Source: Saccostrea cucullata (lineage: Eukaryota). Taken from it: a stretch of 64,000 bases of DNA. The notes under the pieces are model-generated. The model did no database searches, was not told the origin of the DNA, and saw nothing but the letters and a program-made list of their open reading frames with translations. Shown here piece by piece: positions 51,928 to 64,000 of the stretch. The stretch spans positions 1-64,000 of the forward strand of contig NW_026936797.1 of the NCBI RefSeq assembly GCF_032062105.1, in the 5' to 3' direction. Position numbers and translations under genes: made by a program. The stretch's first letter is position 1. The number at the start of each line of letters is the position of its first letter.

Positions 51928-51996
51928 TGACGCCATCGGCATTATGACGTCAAATGTTTGTGACGTTGGTATAATATGAAGAGATTTTTTACGTCA
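51928..51996. promoter_or_regulatory. CRE/ATF site cluster (copy 2)
   Basis: TGACGCCA at 51928, TGACGTCA at 51945, TGACGTT at 51961 and TTACGTCA at ~51989. Confidence 0.6.
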
Positions 51997-52773
51997 AGTG
52001 CAGGCACGTCTTTTCGATCTTTATCAAATTATGTATAACCTATACATGTAGCAGGTAGACTAGCTAGTATCTCTTATCTTTTATTATCGTAACATGTATA
52101 CCATCGACCTGTACATGTACATGCATATAGTACTAACTGTGCTTCTTGTCTAGAAAGAAATTTAAAAAGAAATTTCAAGTCACCCCCCCCCCCAAAAAAA
52201 AATTAAGAATAAAATATCATGATTCATCATGCATGGCAATAAATTATAAGGAAATTGAATTGACAGGGCGTGTCAAACTTCCATTGATTTTTTTTTTCAA
52301 ATTGTAAACATTTTTAAACAATCGAACGAGTTTTAGAATTTCAAAATAATTAATATGCTTTAAGAAATAATACAATCATGTTTTATGTGCAACCTCTTTA
52401 GGCGATTTATAATATTCAATGTTTTTCAGCTGATTTTGGTAGAGTTTTATGACTTGCATATTGCTAGAGCGTTTCAGACTGATTATACTAAATAAATATA
52501 AAACTTTATTTACAAATCTGAAAATAAAAAAGTTTTTGTTGGAGTTTGTAAAAATTGGTCAGTGATGTGAGCAAATCAGCAAATCGATCAGATGCACCAC
52601 TTTGAAAACAGTGTTCAGGACCCCCCCCCCCCCCCCCCCCCCGATCGCGTGATCGAAGTGGATAACGAAAGAATTACCTAATTTTAACTCACATTTTCTC
52701 TGTCCTATTCTCTGTTCACCAGTCACAAGAACTAATGTAAGAACTGTGTAGCTTTTCCTGTGTCATTGAAATC

Positions 52774-53179
52774 ATGGAGATATTACAGGATCCAGTGATG
52801 CAGCAATTCATAAAGGTAAGTTGAGATAAGTTGAATCATATCTAGGATACATAAAAGTCGTTGTTGATTACATGAGGTGTTTTCGCTCGAATTTCCTCGA
52901 TATCAATTTGACCAATGATTCCTTTGAAATTTATAATTTGAAAACATTTTCGTATATTTTAAGGGAGAACAACAAAGACAAAAATTTCAAGCGACTGTCC
53001 AGCAGTTAACTGAGGAATGTTTTGACTATTGTGTCACATCTCCAGGAAATAAACTTGGTTCTTCTGCTGAACAGTGCATCAAAAACTGTGTTGACAGATT
53101 CATCGACACCACAAACTTTGTAGCCAATCGTGTACAAAGATCTGCCATGTCATCTTCTACCTCATCAGGCTTTGATTAA
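52774..53179 (+). CDS. TIMM8: Mitochondrial intermembrane-space small Tim chaperone Tim8, 85 aa (exons 52774-52815, 52964-53179)
   Basis: MEILQDPVMQQFIK|GEQQRQKFQATVQQLTEECFDYCVTSPGNKLGSSAEQCIKNCVDRFIDTTNFVANR...; twin CX3C motif and the Tim8 signature NCVDRFIDT. Absent from the ORF track because it is spliced. Confidence 0.93.
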
Positions 53180-53674
53180 ATTCTCATAGACTCATTTTAC
53201 ATGTTTGTTGTATTTTTATATTTTGTTAAGTTGTGAACTGAAGGTAACAGTGAACTCTGTTGATTTATTAATATACAATGCAAAGTTTTAACCATGATTT
53301 CAGACATTATGCATCTTTATGCTACACCGCAGGCCCAAATCGCCATTATCGGTTGAGTAAAATATTCCACTCAATGTCCCGTGGTCAAATTTCTCCATCA
53401 TCACGGACCATGCTTAAACTATGTGGTTCTGCTGCTATTTTTGTTGTGGATTTTTTTTACTAGTTGTATTAAAATGTTAATTATAATTTTTACAGCCAGT
53501 TTAAATTAGGTATGCTTTTACTTTATGCAACTGGAACAGCTATAAAATTGAAATACAATTTCTCTCTTGGTATACTTTATTAATAACTGAACAAATCCCC
53601 AATAAAATTGATATACAATTTCCCTTTCGCAATTTATAGTCTTCCCATTATAAGGGAAAGTTTTGGGGCATTTG

Positions 53675-53865
53675 GATGAACGGACCTTATAAACAGAGGC
53701 CCCTTGTCACAGTTAAGGTATTGACAAGATAAAGAACTCTCGATGCTCCAAGGTGCTCAGTGGCCCTGAGTGCCGATTAAAGGTCTAAATTTGAAACCCT
53801 TCACCAGTATATGGTGATGTCTCTATATGTGTGAAGCATTCTTGAAAGGGACGTAAAACAAGATA
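53675..53865 (+). mobile_element. SINE 3' remnant
   Basis: ataaacagaggccccttgtcacag body and gggacgtaaaacaa tail; shares sequence with 30385-30442. Confidence 0.55.
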
Positions 53866-56139
53866 TACTGTATACTGGGTTATTTTCACCCTTTTACATT
53901 TGCTAACAGTTTTATGATTTAAATATGCCCTTTCACAGTTCTGTTTATAAAGAAATTATACAGTGTACTTTGATTCCGTTCTGTTTTAAAATTGCCCAAA
54001 TGTGACGAGGGCAAAAATAAAAGGGGGGGGGGGGAATTTCCTTGTATACAGTAAATCAATCAAATAATCAATCATTTTACTCGTAAGTTCTTAAAAAAGT
54101 CAAAAATTGCCTGAAGGTTTGTAAATTTTAATCACAACTTCATTTTAAATATGAATGCATGTATTTTACAGAGGCAGGTATATAATATAATATATACTGC
54201 ATACAAATAAATAATGGAGAAAAACTTAAATAAACCACTTTTATAAAAAAAGAAAAACCCAGTACAGTGGTCTTTATAGATACATGTACATGTAAAATCA
54301 GTGTAAGTTACAACAAAATAAGCATCTATTAACATGATTAAATAAATAAACATGGAGTGTTCATTAACACAGTATTTACATATATAGGGCTTCTAGTATT
54401 CTTTTGTTAATAATGTATATCACACACTGTTTCTAAATGGGATGGAAGATGCATTGCAAGATATGGATTTCAATATTACAGTGTGTATGAAAGAAAATGT
54501 TAGGATAATACACTGCGAACAGAGGAATATTGCAAAGATAGGTATGAAATTGAAAACCAAAAATTCAAGTGAAACAAAAAATAATGCTGCCAAACAAAGT
54601 TAAAAAAATCCTTATAAATGAATTTATTTACATGTATATTTTTTTTACTACGGGTAGGGGAAGGACACTATATGTGCTGAGAGAATATGTGTTAGAAATC
54701 TACTCTAAAGGATGTTTTCCTACAATCTGACTAGTGTGATAAAATTTTAATAGATAAAATTCACATCTACCTTTTTCCACCATTATTTTCTTATGCCTTT
54801 GTAAAGTTGTTGCATATAACAATCCTTTAACACTCCACCCTCTTTAATAATTTTTCAACCTGAGAGATTTAAGCTTTGTTGTGAAAATGTGCTTGCATGA
54901 GCTCAGAAAGATCATGTTTAAGTTCCTCCCAAAGGACCATAACCTGAAAACAGACTAGTACTCAATGTCAGAATTTTGAATTTTAAATAACAATGTTTTC
55001 GAAAATTTTCAAATTTCTTCTTATTAAAATTGTGAAATGCAGGTTTCTCTGTTTCATAATGTTTTACTTATACTGCTGATTCATTATTAGCCTTTTGTTG
55101 CCAAAAGTTCATGTATTTTTCAATTAAACATGAATGAAAAAATAAAGCACAAATAGCCCATATTTAGCAGTTTGTGTATCAGTGATCAGTGAAAGACAAA
55201 TAGTACTTGAAAACAAGGTCACCTTGTTTTCAATCCACAACCCCTAAGGTCATACTTTGAAAGCATTCAATTTGTAGATGACAGAAATATACATGTGTAC
55301 ATATTTAGATCTTTGATGATAACATATATACAACTAATGCATTCAAGCTATAAATGCAAATGCATCAATCTATAAGAGTATTTCATGAAATGACTAACAA
55401 CTCATAGTTAAATTTTCAGTGAGTTTTAAATTCTGTAGAGCCCTTGTGAATAAAACAATTTTAACAATAGTTATAGCTCAATGTTTATAATTAAAATAAC
55501 TTTGCATAGCTGTGTACAGGTTCATCAGGTACAATGTATATAAATGTATAATTAAAGACCATATGGACTTAAATTGATTAAAATTTAAAATTAATTATCC
55601 ATACATAAAAGCAAGATGCATACAATGAAGATATTTGCAACTGTTCTAATTTCCATCCTTTAACACACAATTTAAAACAACAAATACATGTACATCTGAA
55701 GTGTATTGAGACGATATAACAAATATTGTCAACAGTGAACCAGAGTAACCATAAAAACATGGTTTCATGACATCAAATATCACCCAAATCTGGAATGTAT
55801 GTACCTTTGTTGACGTTGGAGTACAGTAACTACCACAAAATAATTCACCTGCTCCTTAAACCAAATCAAAGCAAACAAAACAAAAAAATTTAAGCTTCTT
55901 ACTTAAGTTCAACCATGTATGTACATAACCCACTTTTATGAAATGGACCAAGAAAAGCTTGAGTATACACAGCAATGATAAAACCTGGGACTTTTATATC
56001 AAATATTTGTGTCAGGAATAGGGTGAGCAAGGGAAGTAACTCTCTATCTCACATTCATAATTCTCATTTACATGTATTAATATGCTCACATGGTTTAGTT
56101 CTCACAATGGTTCACATGACTAGATAATGGTTAAAGATG

Positions 56140-58862
56140 TCACTGCTCTAACCAGGAAGGGCCGTCCGTGTTGGCAGATTTCAGTTTGATGTTGAACTGC
56201 TTGAGGGTGGATTCCAGGGCAGTGGCATTCCCAGAGAAGTAGGCGGACGTGGCATTGTGGAACAGCAGAAGTTGTTTGTGCATGACTTTGACCTGCAAAA
56301 TAATTTACACAGTAAACATTGACAGAACTACTAATACATTTAAAAATTTTGTTTACTAAATACATGTATGTTGCATTTCTCGCAGCTAACCAATCTGATT
56401 AAAATTAGATCCTTTGACTTGCTCACATAAATCGCTACACAAGAATCTGAGGAAACCCCATGTGAGCAGATCAAAGGATATGATTTTTAACCAGATTGGT
56501 AGCTAACTTGATAGCTTTTCAAATGAAAGAAGTAAAATTATAGATTTTGATTTCTGTATGTACATGTGCATGTTTTCCTGTTCTTTAATTACTGTTTCAT
56601 GATCAAAACTATCAATTATCAATTTATATGTATCTATAAAATTACCCTGTTTTCATCTAGAAATTTCAACTTGATGGCCACATCTCCTCTAAGCTTTTCA
56701 AACTTTTCTTTGTGATCTTCAAACTTTTTCTTGGCCTCTTCTATTTTTTGGGCAGGAGTAGAATCTCTGGGACCTAACTGAAGAGCCTCAACATCATTTC
56801 TGTATGCATCATACTCCAACCTGAAACACAGTGAACATATTAAGGAAGATGGATTAAGGTCATATAAATACACAACCAAAACAAGTACGGTATATTTCAC
56901 ATATATATGTACAACTACATTTCATGGCTGACTCCAAGACATGAGGTCCTATGAACTTACTGAATATAGCAAAATGAGCTTATATTAAAAGTATAACAAA
57001 TCAAAATTGTTCATACATGTACATGTATATGACTGTCTTACATGTAAATGTACATTCATCATTATAACACTAAAGCCATCATCAGATGAATTGAATGCAC
57101 AACAAGTAACTCACCTGGCTGCCTCATAATTTTTTATTGTTAGGAGTGTGTCCTCCATTGTCTTATTGCAAAGAGTGTTGACTGAAGATGTGAAGAAATT
57201 CATTGCACCTGCAAAGAACAGAAAATAGAATAATGTTTTGCAAAACATTTATTTTGCAACAAGAAATACATATTCTAAATTTTTTGGTCAACTAGATCAG
57301 ACAAAGTGGTGAATTTAATACATCTTTTAATCTTCAATTTTGAATTAAAAATTATCTTAAGGAGATGAACTCAATTGAAAGTTTACATGAAATCCAGAGT
57401 TACTCCTCTTGAATTCCAACAAAGTTTGAATTAAATATCCATGGTTAACAAATCAACTGATGAAATTCAGAAAAGTAAACATAATACACTTTTTTTGAAG
57501 ATCAAGGTTATATTACCCAGTAAAACTTCTCCATTTTTCACCAAATTCCTTTGAGTCTCACAGTTGTAGGAGAACTCTTCCTGAAGCTCAGGGTTCCTTT
57601 GAGATTGTTCTGCAAACGCCTCTCCCAGAGCCCTCTGTGTCTGCACAACCTGGTAAAAATGGTTAGTTAATGTCCTTGCCAATCGTAAAATGTTGGAATA
57701 CTTTCTTTGCATATCTCTCAGGGTTTCGATTTGATTTTCTAATTCCAAGTCCACAGTTTTGGAGCCTTTGCCAAATTTTTCTGAGATGAATTGTTTGGTA
57801 CATTTGAAGGTGTTTACACTCCAGTGTTTGATGGTTTCTAGTTTTGTTTGAGCAGCATGCACAGTCTTGGGAAGAAAGTCACCACCATTGTTCTGTCTAG
57901 CCCCTTGTGACGATAGTGGGATATTGCTTGTTGCTGGAAAAAAAATCTTGAGAAAATAAGTTATTTGTGTTATGTCGATAGGGGCTTAAATATGTTCATA
58001 TGTACACATGTCAATTTCAATATTTCTTTTCATTCAAAAATTAATAAATTTGAAAAGTGTAGAATGAGAAATAGTACTGTGCATCAAGTTTTAAGAGAGC
58101 TAGAAAAATATACATGATATCAGATGCAAGGGGAATTGCAATTTGGTCATACAATAAAGTTCATCAATCAGTGTAAAATACTGTGTTACAAAAATAACTA
58201 AAATTTTCATTCCAATAGAGAATCTTCTTTGAGCTTGACCTCTGATAAAGTGACGTCAAATATTAAGTGTGTCATCATGTAAATTCAAGACCAATGTAAA
58301 ATATGTCATCTCAAGTGTACACATAGAAAATTAGAAATGGTGACATATAGGTGCCAACATGGTGATCACTACAGGGGTGAATAAAAGAGACCGTAAATGT
58401 TTATTAATTAGAAGTAAAGCAAGCCATATTCTAAGATTAAGTTTCACTAAATCCCTATTAACAGCACGTCAAAATATAGGAACCCATTTGCCATTACCAC
58501 TTCAAAAATTTTCATCAGATCAAAGAAAATTTCAAATACACTAGAGATTAGATAAACACCTTGCCATACAAACTGTAAGAAAAAATATATAAATTCAAAT
58601 TAGCAAGGTTAATTAAAAGCATGAAAACACACACACCAGGAGGCATAGTGAAAGAGCGAGGGAGACCAGACTGTGTTCCAAAGTTACCGGTGGAAGCTCC
58701 AGGGTAGGAGGAGGTCATGACCTTGTTGGGGGAGCCACTTTGTACAGTGTTATGTACATCTGTCAGGTCTTGTCCATCGTTCAGGATGTCCTTCAGGTCC
58801 TGCTCAAAGGTGTCGTTGGCCTTGGAGTTCCCATTATACGCTGGACCTGAATCTGCCATCAT
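56140..58862 (-). CDS. ARFIP2: Arfaptin (AH/BAR domain); exons 58862-58637, 57933-57517, 57208-57115, 56820-56646, 56292-56140
   Basis: [56 protein letters not shown] and [27 protein letters not shown]...PSWLEQ*. All GT-AG with consistent phases. An acceptor directly before the ATG implies an upstream non-coding exon. ARFIP1 versus ARFIP2 naming is nominal in an invertebrate. Confidence 0.95.
56385..56503. repeat. Imperfect hairpin / small MITE in the last arfaptin intron
   Basis: gctaaccaatctgattaaaat..atcctttga..tgctcacat versus atgtgagca..tcaaaggat..atttttaaccagattggtagc. Confidence 0.75.
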
Positions 58863-59232
58863 CTAAAAAAAGCATATATACATGTATATACAATGTATTA
58901 AATTTTTAATCTTAATAGGAAATTTTAGATGTACATTAGGATAATCAGAGTGTTTTTTGAACAAGTAATTTTGAGAAAAAAAATACAGTGTACTTGAAAT
59001 TTTACTTTCCATACCTATCATTCCTAAAACATTTACAGCTGTAGTATTGTGTTTGAATTTCCTATGTTCAAGTTCAAAACTTAAATTATTTACATAAGGC
59101 CTCTTTCAATCTATCATACCCAAATCATGTGAGTGAATTAAAGGAAACTAATCAAGTAGTTTGAAGAAATCACTTTAAAAATAATAGAAATTTTACAGGT
59201 TCTGACCCAGTAAATGAAAATAAGAATACTTA

Positions 59233-59695
59233 GGCTTAAAAAAAAAATAAGTTTGTTTCCTGTAACATTCCCAAAAAATCAAGGGTCGGTAGGTCGGAAT
59301 TTTTTTTTTTTTTTTTTTTTTTTGCTTATGAATGGTCAAACATCCCCGGACCGAAAATACCAGGTGTTATATTTACAGTAGACACCCAATATGGCATCCA
59401 AAATGGCTGCCAAGCGGCAGAAAACTAGTCTCGCAGAAAACGAACTTCAGAAAGTTGTTGGGGGAAACTGTTGTTACAATAATGATTACTCTTTATTTTT
59501 AAGGTAAATGTACACTAAGTTGACATATTTTATGTCTCAAATTAAGCAACAAGCTATTTTTTTAAATTTAATAAATGGAATCAGCTGATTGATCAAACGA
59601 AATTTTGCCATTTGTCAGAAAAAAAATTCCACCCGGGGATAATTTGAATGGGTCGGTCGGGTTACAGGAAACAAACATATTTTTTTTTTTAGGCC
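59233..59695. mobile_element. PIF/Harbinger (Tourist-like) MITE
   Basis: TIRs ggcttaaaaaaaaaataagtttgtttcctgtaac / gttacaggaaacaaacatattttttttttaggcc, flanked by TTA on both sides. Confidence 0.8.
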
Positions 59696-60348
59696 TTATA
59701 CAGCATGTACCTGTTTTCATTTAAAATCAAGACCAAATTGTCCAATTCACAGATATGGCCAAAAAGCGAATTCACAGTTACATATGGACTTGCAATGCAT
59801 ATTTATTTCTCATTAAAATTTTTAAAAACCACCCAGTCTTGATTGAAAAATTTGCATTTAACTTTGAGAAAAAAAATCTTTTGAAACTGTGTATTTTGTT
59901 CTAACATGAAAGAGTTCAAAACCAGAAAAATCAGGACATTTTAGAGTAATATAAGAATTATATTTCGGAAACACATCAGACCTCGGAATGGAATACTCGC
60001 AAGTCTCTAATTCTCATTCTATGTCTATAATCCCAACCGGAAATAGATGTATATTATCCGACATCCTACTACATAATTTTTATGGAATAAATGAGTGGTT
60101 TACAAATTGGTTTGACCAGAGACTTCTGAAACGATTTAATTGACAAGAAAAAAATATCTCGAAGCAAACGATGTCATTTTAAAAGTAGTTTAATGATTGA
60201 TATACTAACAAAATACAAGCTTGATGAGGGGATGCCTGAAATTGGGCTATGTACCTTGTGGTAAAATAAGTAGGGTAACCGTATACGAAACAAGTACCTG
60301 TGCTACAGGTACTCAAAAAATTTTTTAAAATGTATGCACTGATTCTGC

Positions 60349-60453
60349 TAATCCGAGATTCCTCCGACTCTAACCTGCTTTTACATTGTGACTTGTGCAG
60401 GGGACAAATCACAATGTAAATACAGGGGTTAGAGTCAGAGGAATCTCGGATTA
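60349..60453. repeat. 105-bp palindromic MITE
   Basis: taatccgagattcctccgactctaacc...ggttagagtcagaggaatctcggatta, near-perfect arms with TA ends. Confidence 0.82.
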
Positions 60454-61610
60454 TGATTCGGCATGCATATGAATAGGCCTTTGTCTGTTTTAACCAGTAA
60501 GAAGTGCAAGATGTACCTGTGTGTACTTGAAATGAAAGTGTTCATTCCATGCAATCTATTTAAGGACATGACATACCATTTAACTGTATTTTAAAACGGT
60601 CAGAATGACCATGAATGCCGGATTTACTTGTTCCCCCAAGGCAAGACATGACATGCATGTACATAAAGCATACCCTCAACACTCTACTCAACATTTTATT
60701 TAATTTTTGCAAGACCCAATTTTATGGCGGAGCCTCTTACCATATGTATTCCTGGCAAATCTTTATGAATGTATATTTTTACAATTTTTTAATGTATCAT
60801 CTGCTGTCTGTCTGTGTGTCGTGACACCTTGTCGATGATGACGTATCAATGTAGTCTAAAACTAAACCAGATCGGGTAAAATCTCAAAATTCCGAATTTG
60901 TATTCATGATCTACATAGTATATAATTATATATCAATTAAAATAAAATTACTAAACATGGTTTACATCTTATTAAATGATACAAATTAAAGGTTATAGAT
61001 TAGAGTAATAAAAAATCTAATAAAATAAGAAAAAAAATGTAAATCGGGATCGAAATACAAAATATTTTTAAATCTTCAAGGGGCATGGAAGACTGAATTG
61101 CCTCTGTTTCAGTGCTGTTTCTAGTTTTGTTAACTACTCCTATCTCCAACTCTTAACCATGAATGCAAATTTTCAGGGAACTGAGAGAGAGGTTTCAATG
61201 GTTGGTTACAAATCTTTGATTATGAGCGTTATCATTGTTTCAAACTTGGATTTTCAATTTTTCATTAAATATACATGTACTATCAGGTCCATTACAATCT
61301 CTTGATTTAGCTATATAGCTTTAAATAGCTATAACACTTTATATCAAGCAATTCAAAATAGCGTTATTTAGCTACTTATATACAGTTTTTCACAAAAATG
61401 TTGTTTGCTAAATCGCAATCAGAAATTTTCTATGCTTTGCACTTAATTTTCATCCAAAATATTGACATATTTGTTGAGTACGTTGCTTAGGTGTAAGCCT
61501 GATATCAATATTGGATCTAAATGACAGTCAACTCACCTGTCCTCTTCGTGTCCCCTGGCACATAAGGCCCCATAATGACAGTCATTCTAAACAAATTCAG
61601 TATATTAAAG

Positions 61611-61771
61611 GTAACATGCGGTGAAAAATTTTGGCCAGGCTGAGACTCGAACCCAGGACCTTCCTGGGTTCCGCTAACCGCGCCAGGGATTAGGTACATT
61701 TGCCTGGTAGCTCAGTGGTTAGAGCACCCGCACCAGTCCCAGTCTGGCCAACATTTTTGCCTGCCTGTTAT
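61611..61771. mobile_element. Element made of two divergent tRNA-like heads
   Basis: Left half has a minus-strand B box (ggttcgagtc) and right half a plus-strand A box (ggtagctcagtggttagagca). The ends aaaattttggccaggctgagact / agtcccagtctggccaacatttt are inverted. Confidence 0.6.
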
Positions 61772-62134
61772 GTTGACAAGAGAGTTTGTATTTTAAAACA
61801 ATCACTAGAACATTCCTTGAATCTTTCTACTACCTTAAGTATAACTATAATTATAAAAGATTTCATACTGACAATTCAGTGTATACATGGTATAATACAT
61901 GTATGCACCAACTGTGTTTTGCTTTATCCAGTTTATCATGACCTTTTTTTCTCCAGTTAGTTCTTTCTGCATGTTCTGCATTTTACTCAGATATTCTCAT
62001 TTATATTCATGTTTACTCAGCACATACAAGTTTATAAACTCTTTGAAGGTGATATCAAGAGAAAGAATCGTAATTTGTGGGCTAATTAAGCATTTGAAGA
62101 GGGAGGAATGTCAAGTGTTCAGGCAGTGGCCTGC

Positions 62135-62215
62135 AGCCAGATGGCTCAAGTGGTAGAGCGGCCTTTCTGGACTTCAGGGGGCCTGGGTCTGAATCCTGGT
62201 CTGGACCATGGCATT
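62135..62215 (+). mobile_element. Degenerate tRNA-derived SINE head
   Basis: gatggctcaagtggtagagcg A box and degenerate ggtctgaatcc B box. Confidence 0.5.
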
Positions 62216-62559
62216 TCCTTCTTTTCTAATAATCTTAATTCCCCCCCTCTATAAAAATTAAACATCTCAAATCTCTTTAGGTTTATCTTTCTTTTCCCCT
62301 TACTTCTAATCCAAACTGCAGTAGAGATACATATGTTAAGATAAGCTTGTCAATGATCAAGAAGCAGTCTAAGGTTTATGTAAGCTAAGTATGTTTATAA
62401 ATCTGAAATTTCTCATTTCAGCTGCGAGATGTGTTGTTATCCCACAATATAATGACAGAGAGGTGCTTCACCACATGTATAACTAAATTCAGACAGAACA
62501 CATTGACAGATGAAGAGGTAATCTTTATTTTTTAGAATTAAAAAAAAATGACAACAGAC

Positions 62560-62780
62560 AAAAGTTGTTGCATAAATTTCATATGAAATGCACATGAATT
62601 TTATGTGAATTTGCATGAGAAAGAGATGAAAAAACAAGAAACAATGAAATTCATGTGAAAATTTCATTTTGATATGACTTCCATGTGAATTTTACATGAA
62701 AAGCATACCGCATAAATATTGTGCAAAGAAAATTTCACATGAAAGTTCTAAAAAAAAAATTTCATGAATTTCGTATAAAC
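62560..62780. repeat. Short palindromic-unit array (ttca(t/c)(a/g)tgaa)
   Basis: Repeated tttcatatgaaat, ttcatgtgaaa and tttcacatgaaa units. Confidence 0.55.
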
Positions 62781-62920
62781 CAGTGAGAAAAATTAATTAA
62801 TTATTGTGGGGGGGGGGGGGGGGCAAGAGATGTTTTATGAACATCTCTTGTTTCTAATTGATTTTCACATAGTAGTTTTCAATCAAAAAAAAAGAATTAA
62901 AATGAATGTTATATAAGCCA

Positions 62921-62921
62921 C

Positions 62922-62957
<36 letters not shown>

Positions 62958-63655
62958 ACTCTGATCATAATTTGTCCGTTGTCTGTTGTTGTCGTCATCA
63001 TTGTTATCGTTGTAAACTTTTCACATTTTCATCTTCTTTTCAAGCACCACTGGGCCAATTTCAACCACACTTAGCACAAAGTATCCTTGGGTAAAGGGGA
63101 TTCAAGTTTTTTTAAATGAAGGACCACTCCCTCCTCCAAGGGGAGATAATTATGAAATGAATTAGTGAAAAATTAATGGCATCTTTTGAAAATCTTCACA
63201 AGAACCACTGGGCCAGGAAAGATGAAACTCATGTGGAAGCATCTTCATGTAGTGTAGATTCAAGTTTGTTCAAATCATGCCCCCAGGGATAGGATGGGGC
63301 CACAATGGGGTATCAAATTTTAACATAGGAATACATAGGAAAAATATTTAAAATCGTCTTTTAAAGAATCACTGGGCCTGGAAAAATGAAACTCATATGG
63401 AAGCATATCCTTTGATAGTGTAAATTCCCTGGGGTAGGGTGGGGCCACAATGGGGTATCAAAGTTTAGCATAGGAATATGTGAGAAAAAATCTTTTTCTC
63501 AAAAACAGGAAACCCATGATCGGTCATAATTATATGGAAGCATTCCTCTTTTAAATAAATGTAGATTTATGTTTGTTAAAATCATGACCCCCTTGGGTAG
63601 GATGGGGGCACATGGGGGGGTCAAAATTTACATAGGAATACATAGAAAAAATCCC
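62921..63655 (+). mobile_element. Helentron-associated element with ~165-170 bp internal satellite (oyster Cg170/HindIII-like)
   Basis: tttttagctcacctgagccgaaggctcaagtgagct head, gtc/gtt microsatellite, then ~4 units beginning aaccactgggcc...aaact...aagcatc...gattcaagtttgttcaaatcatg. Confidence 0.8.
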
Positions 63656-63666
63656 AATTTTATTAT

Positions 63667-63838
63667 ACAATTAATTACCCCTTTTGAGGTCAACATGGTG
63701 AAATAAGGACCCGAGACCTGGCCCACGAGGTGACCTGACCTGACCGAGGCCGCGTATTGGTCGAGGTTAAGGTCATCGAGTGGGCCAGGTGGGGGTCCTT
63801 ATTTCACCATGTTGAACTCAAAAGGGGTAATCAATTGT
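63667..63838. mobile_element. Palindromic non-autonomous element
   Basis: caattaattaccccttttgaggtcaacatggtgaaataaggaccc ... gggtccttatttcaccatgttgaactcaaaaggggtaatcaattg; the inner arms are also complementary. Confidence 0.82.
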
Positions 63839-64000
63839 TTTATTATACCGATATATATTGAAAAGTATGAATCTCTAACCGTTATCAATTCTTTCTTTGA
63901 TCGGGATCAGGATTCGCTACACTCCGTATAGTGAAGTTGTTTACATTGAAGTCTGCAAGTCGTGTAAGTTTTTGCATCATGATTTACTGATTAAAATTAT

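Larger units (their letters stand above)
48130..52370. repeat. Tandem segmental duplication (~48130-50230 and ~50535-52370)
   Basis: Co-linear similarity through the 3' flank, both exons, the intron and the promoter. Copy 1 has ~300 bp extra at ~48250-48550. Confidence 0.9.

Noticed and set aside
52774-58862. Conserved synteny with the human ARFIP2-TIMM10B pair
   Set aside because: The gene here is Tim8-type and lies convergently at the 3' end of arfaptin. Different paralog and, as I recall the human locus, different arrangement, so probably coincidence.

Overview
AT-rich eukaryotic genomic DNA, most likely from a bivalve (oyster-like: HSPA12 expansion plus a Helentron-type element carrying a ~170-bp satellite). 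Most of the window (15.5-46.9 kb) is a minus-strand tandem cluster of five HSPA12 (HSP70-12A/B-like) paralogs with a 4-coding-exon structure, in different states of completeness. The cluster is interrupted by a two-exon HGSNAT fragment and many transposons. At the left end is a full-length minus-strand Ty3/Gypsy LTR retrotransposon (5086-14482; tRNA-Leu PBS, PPT, gag, pol). In the env position it carries an extra GC-rich gene encoding two zinc fingers, a TEKS-repeat linker and a frameshifted KCTD-type BTB/POZ (T1) domain; this is the most unusual feature. A third copy of its LTR lies at 1-957. A second, gag-only LTR element with a perfect TSD sits in intron 1 of one HSPA12 copy. All four HSPA12 copies that retain exon 1 have an ISRE-like AAA(A/C)CGAAAGT motif 23-32 nt upstream of the ATG. 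Right of the cluster are a tandemly duplicated two-exon orphan gene (MGxxxSC N-terminus, CRE-rich promoter), TIMM8 (+) and an arfaptin gene (-). The first ~28 kb show many homopolymer-type indels, so many frameshifts there may be consensus errors. All calls come from manual reading; no searches were run.
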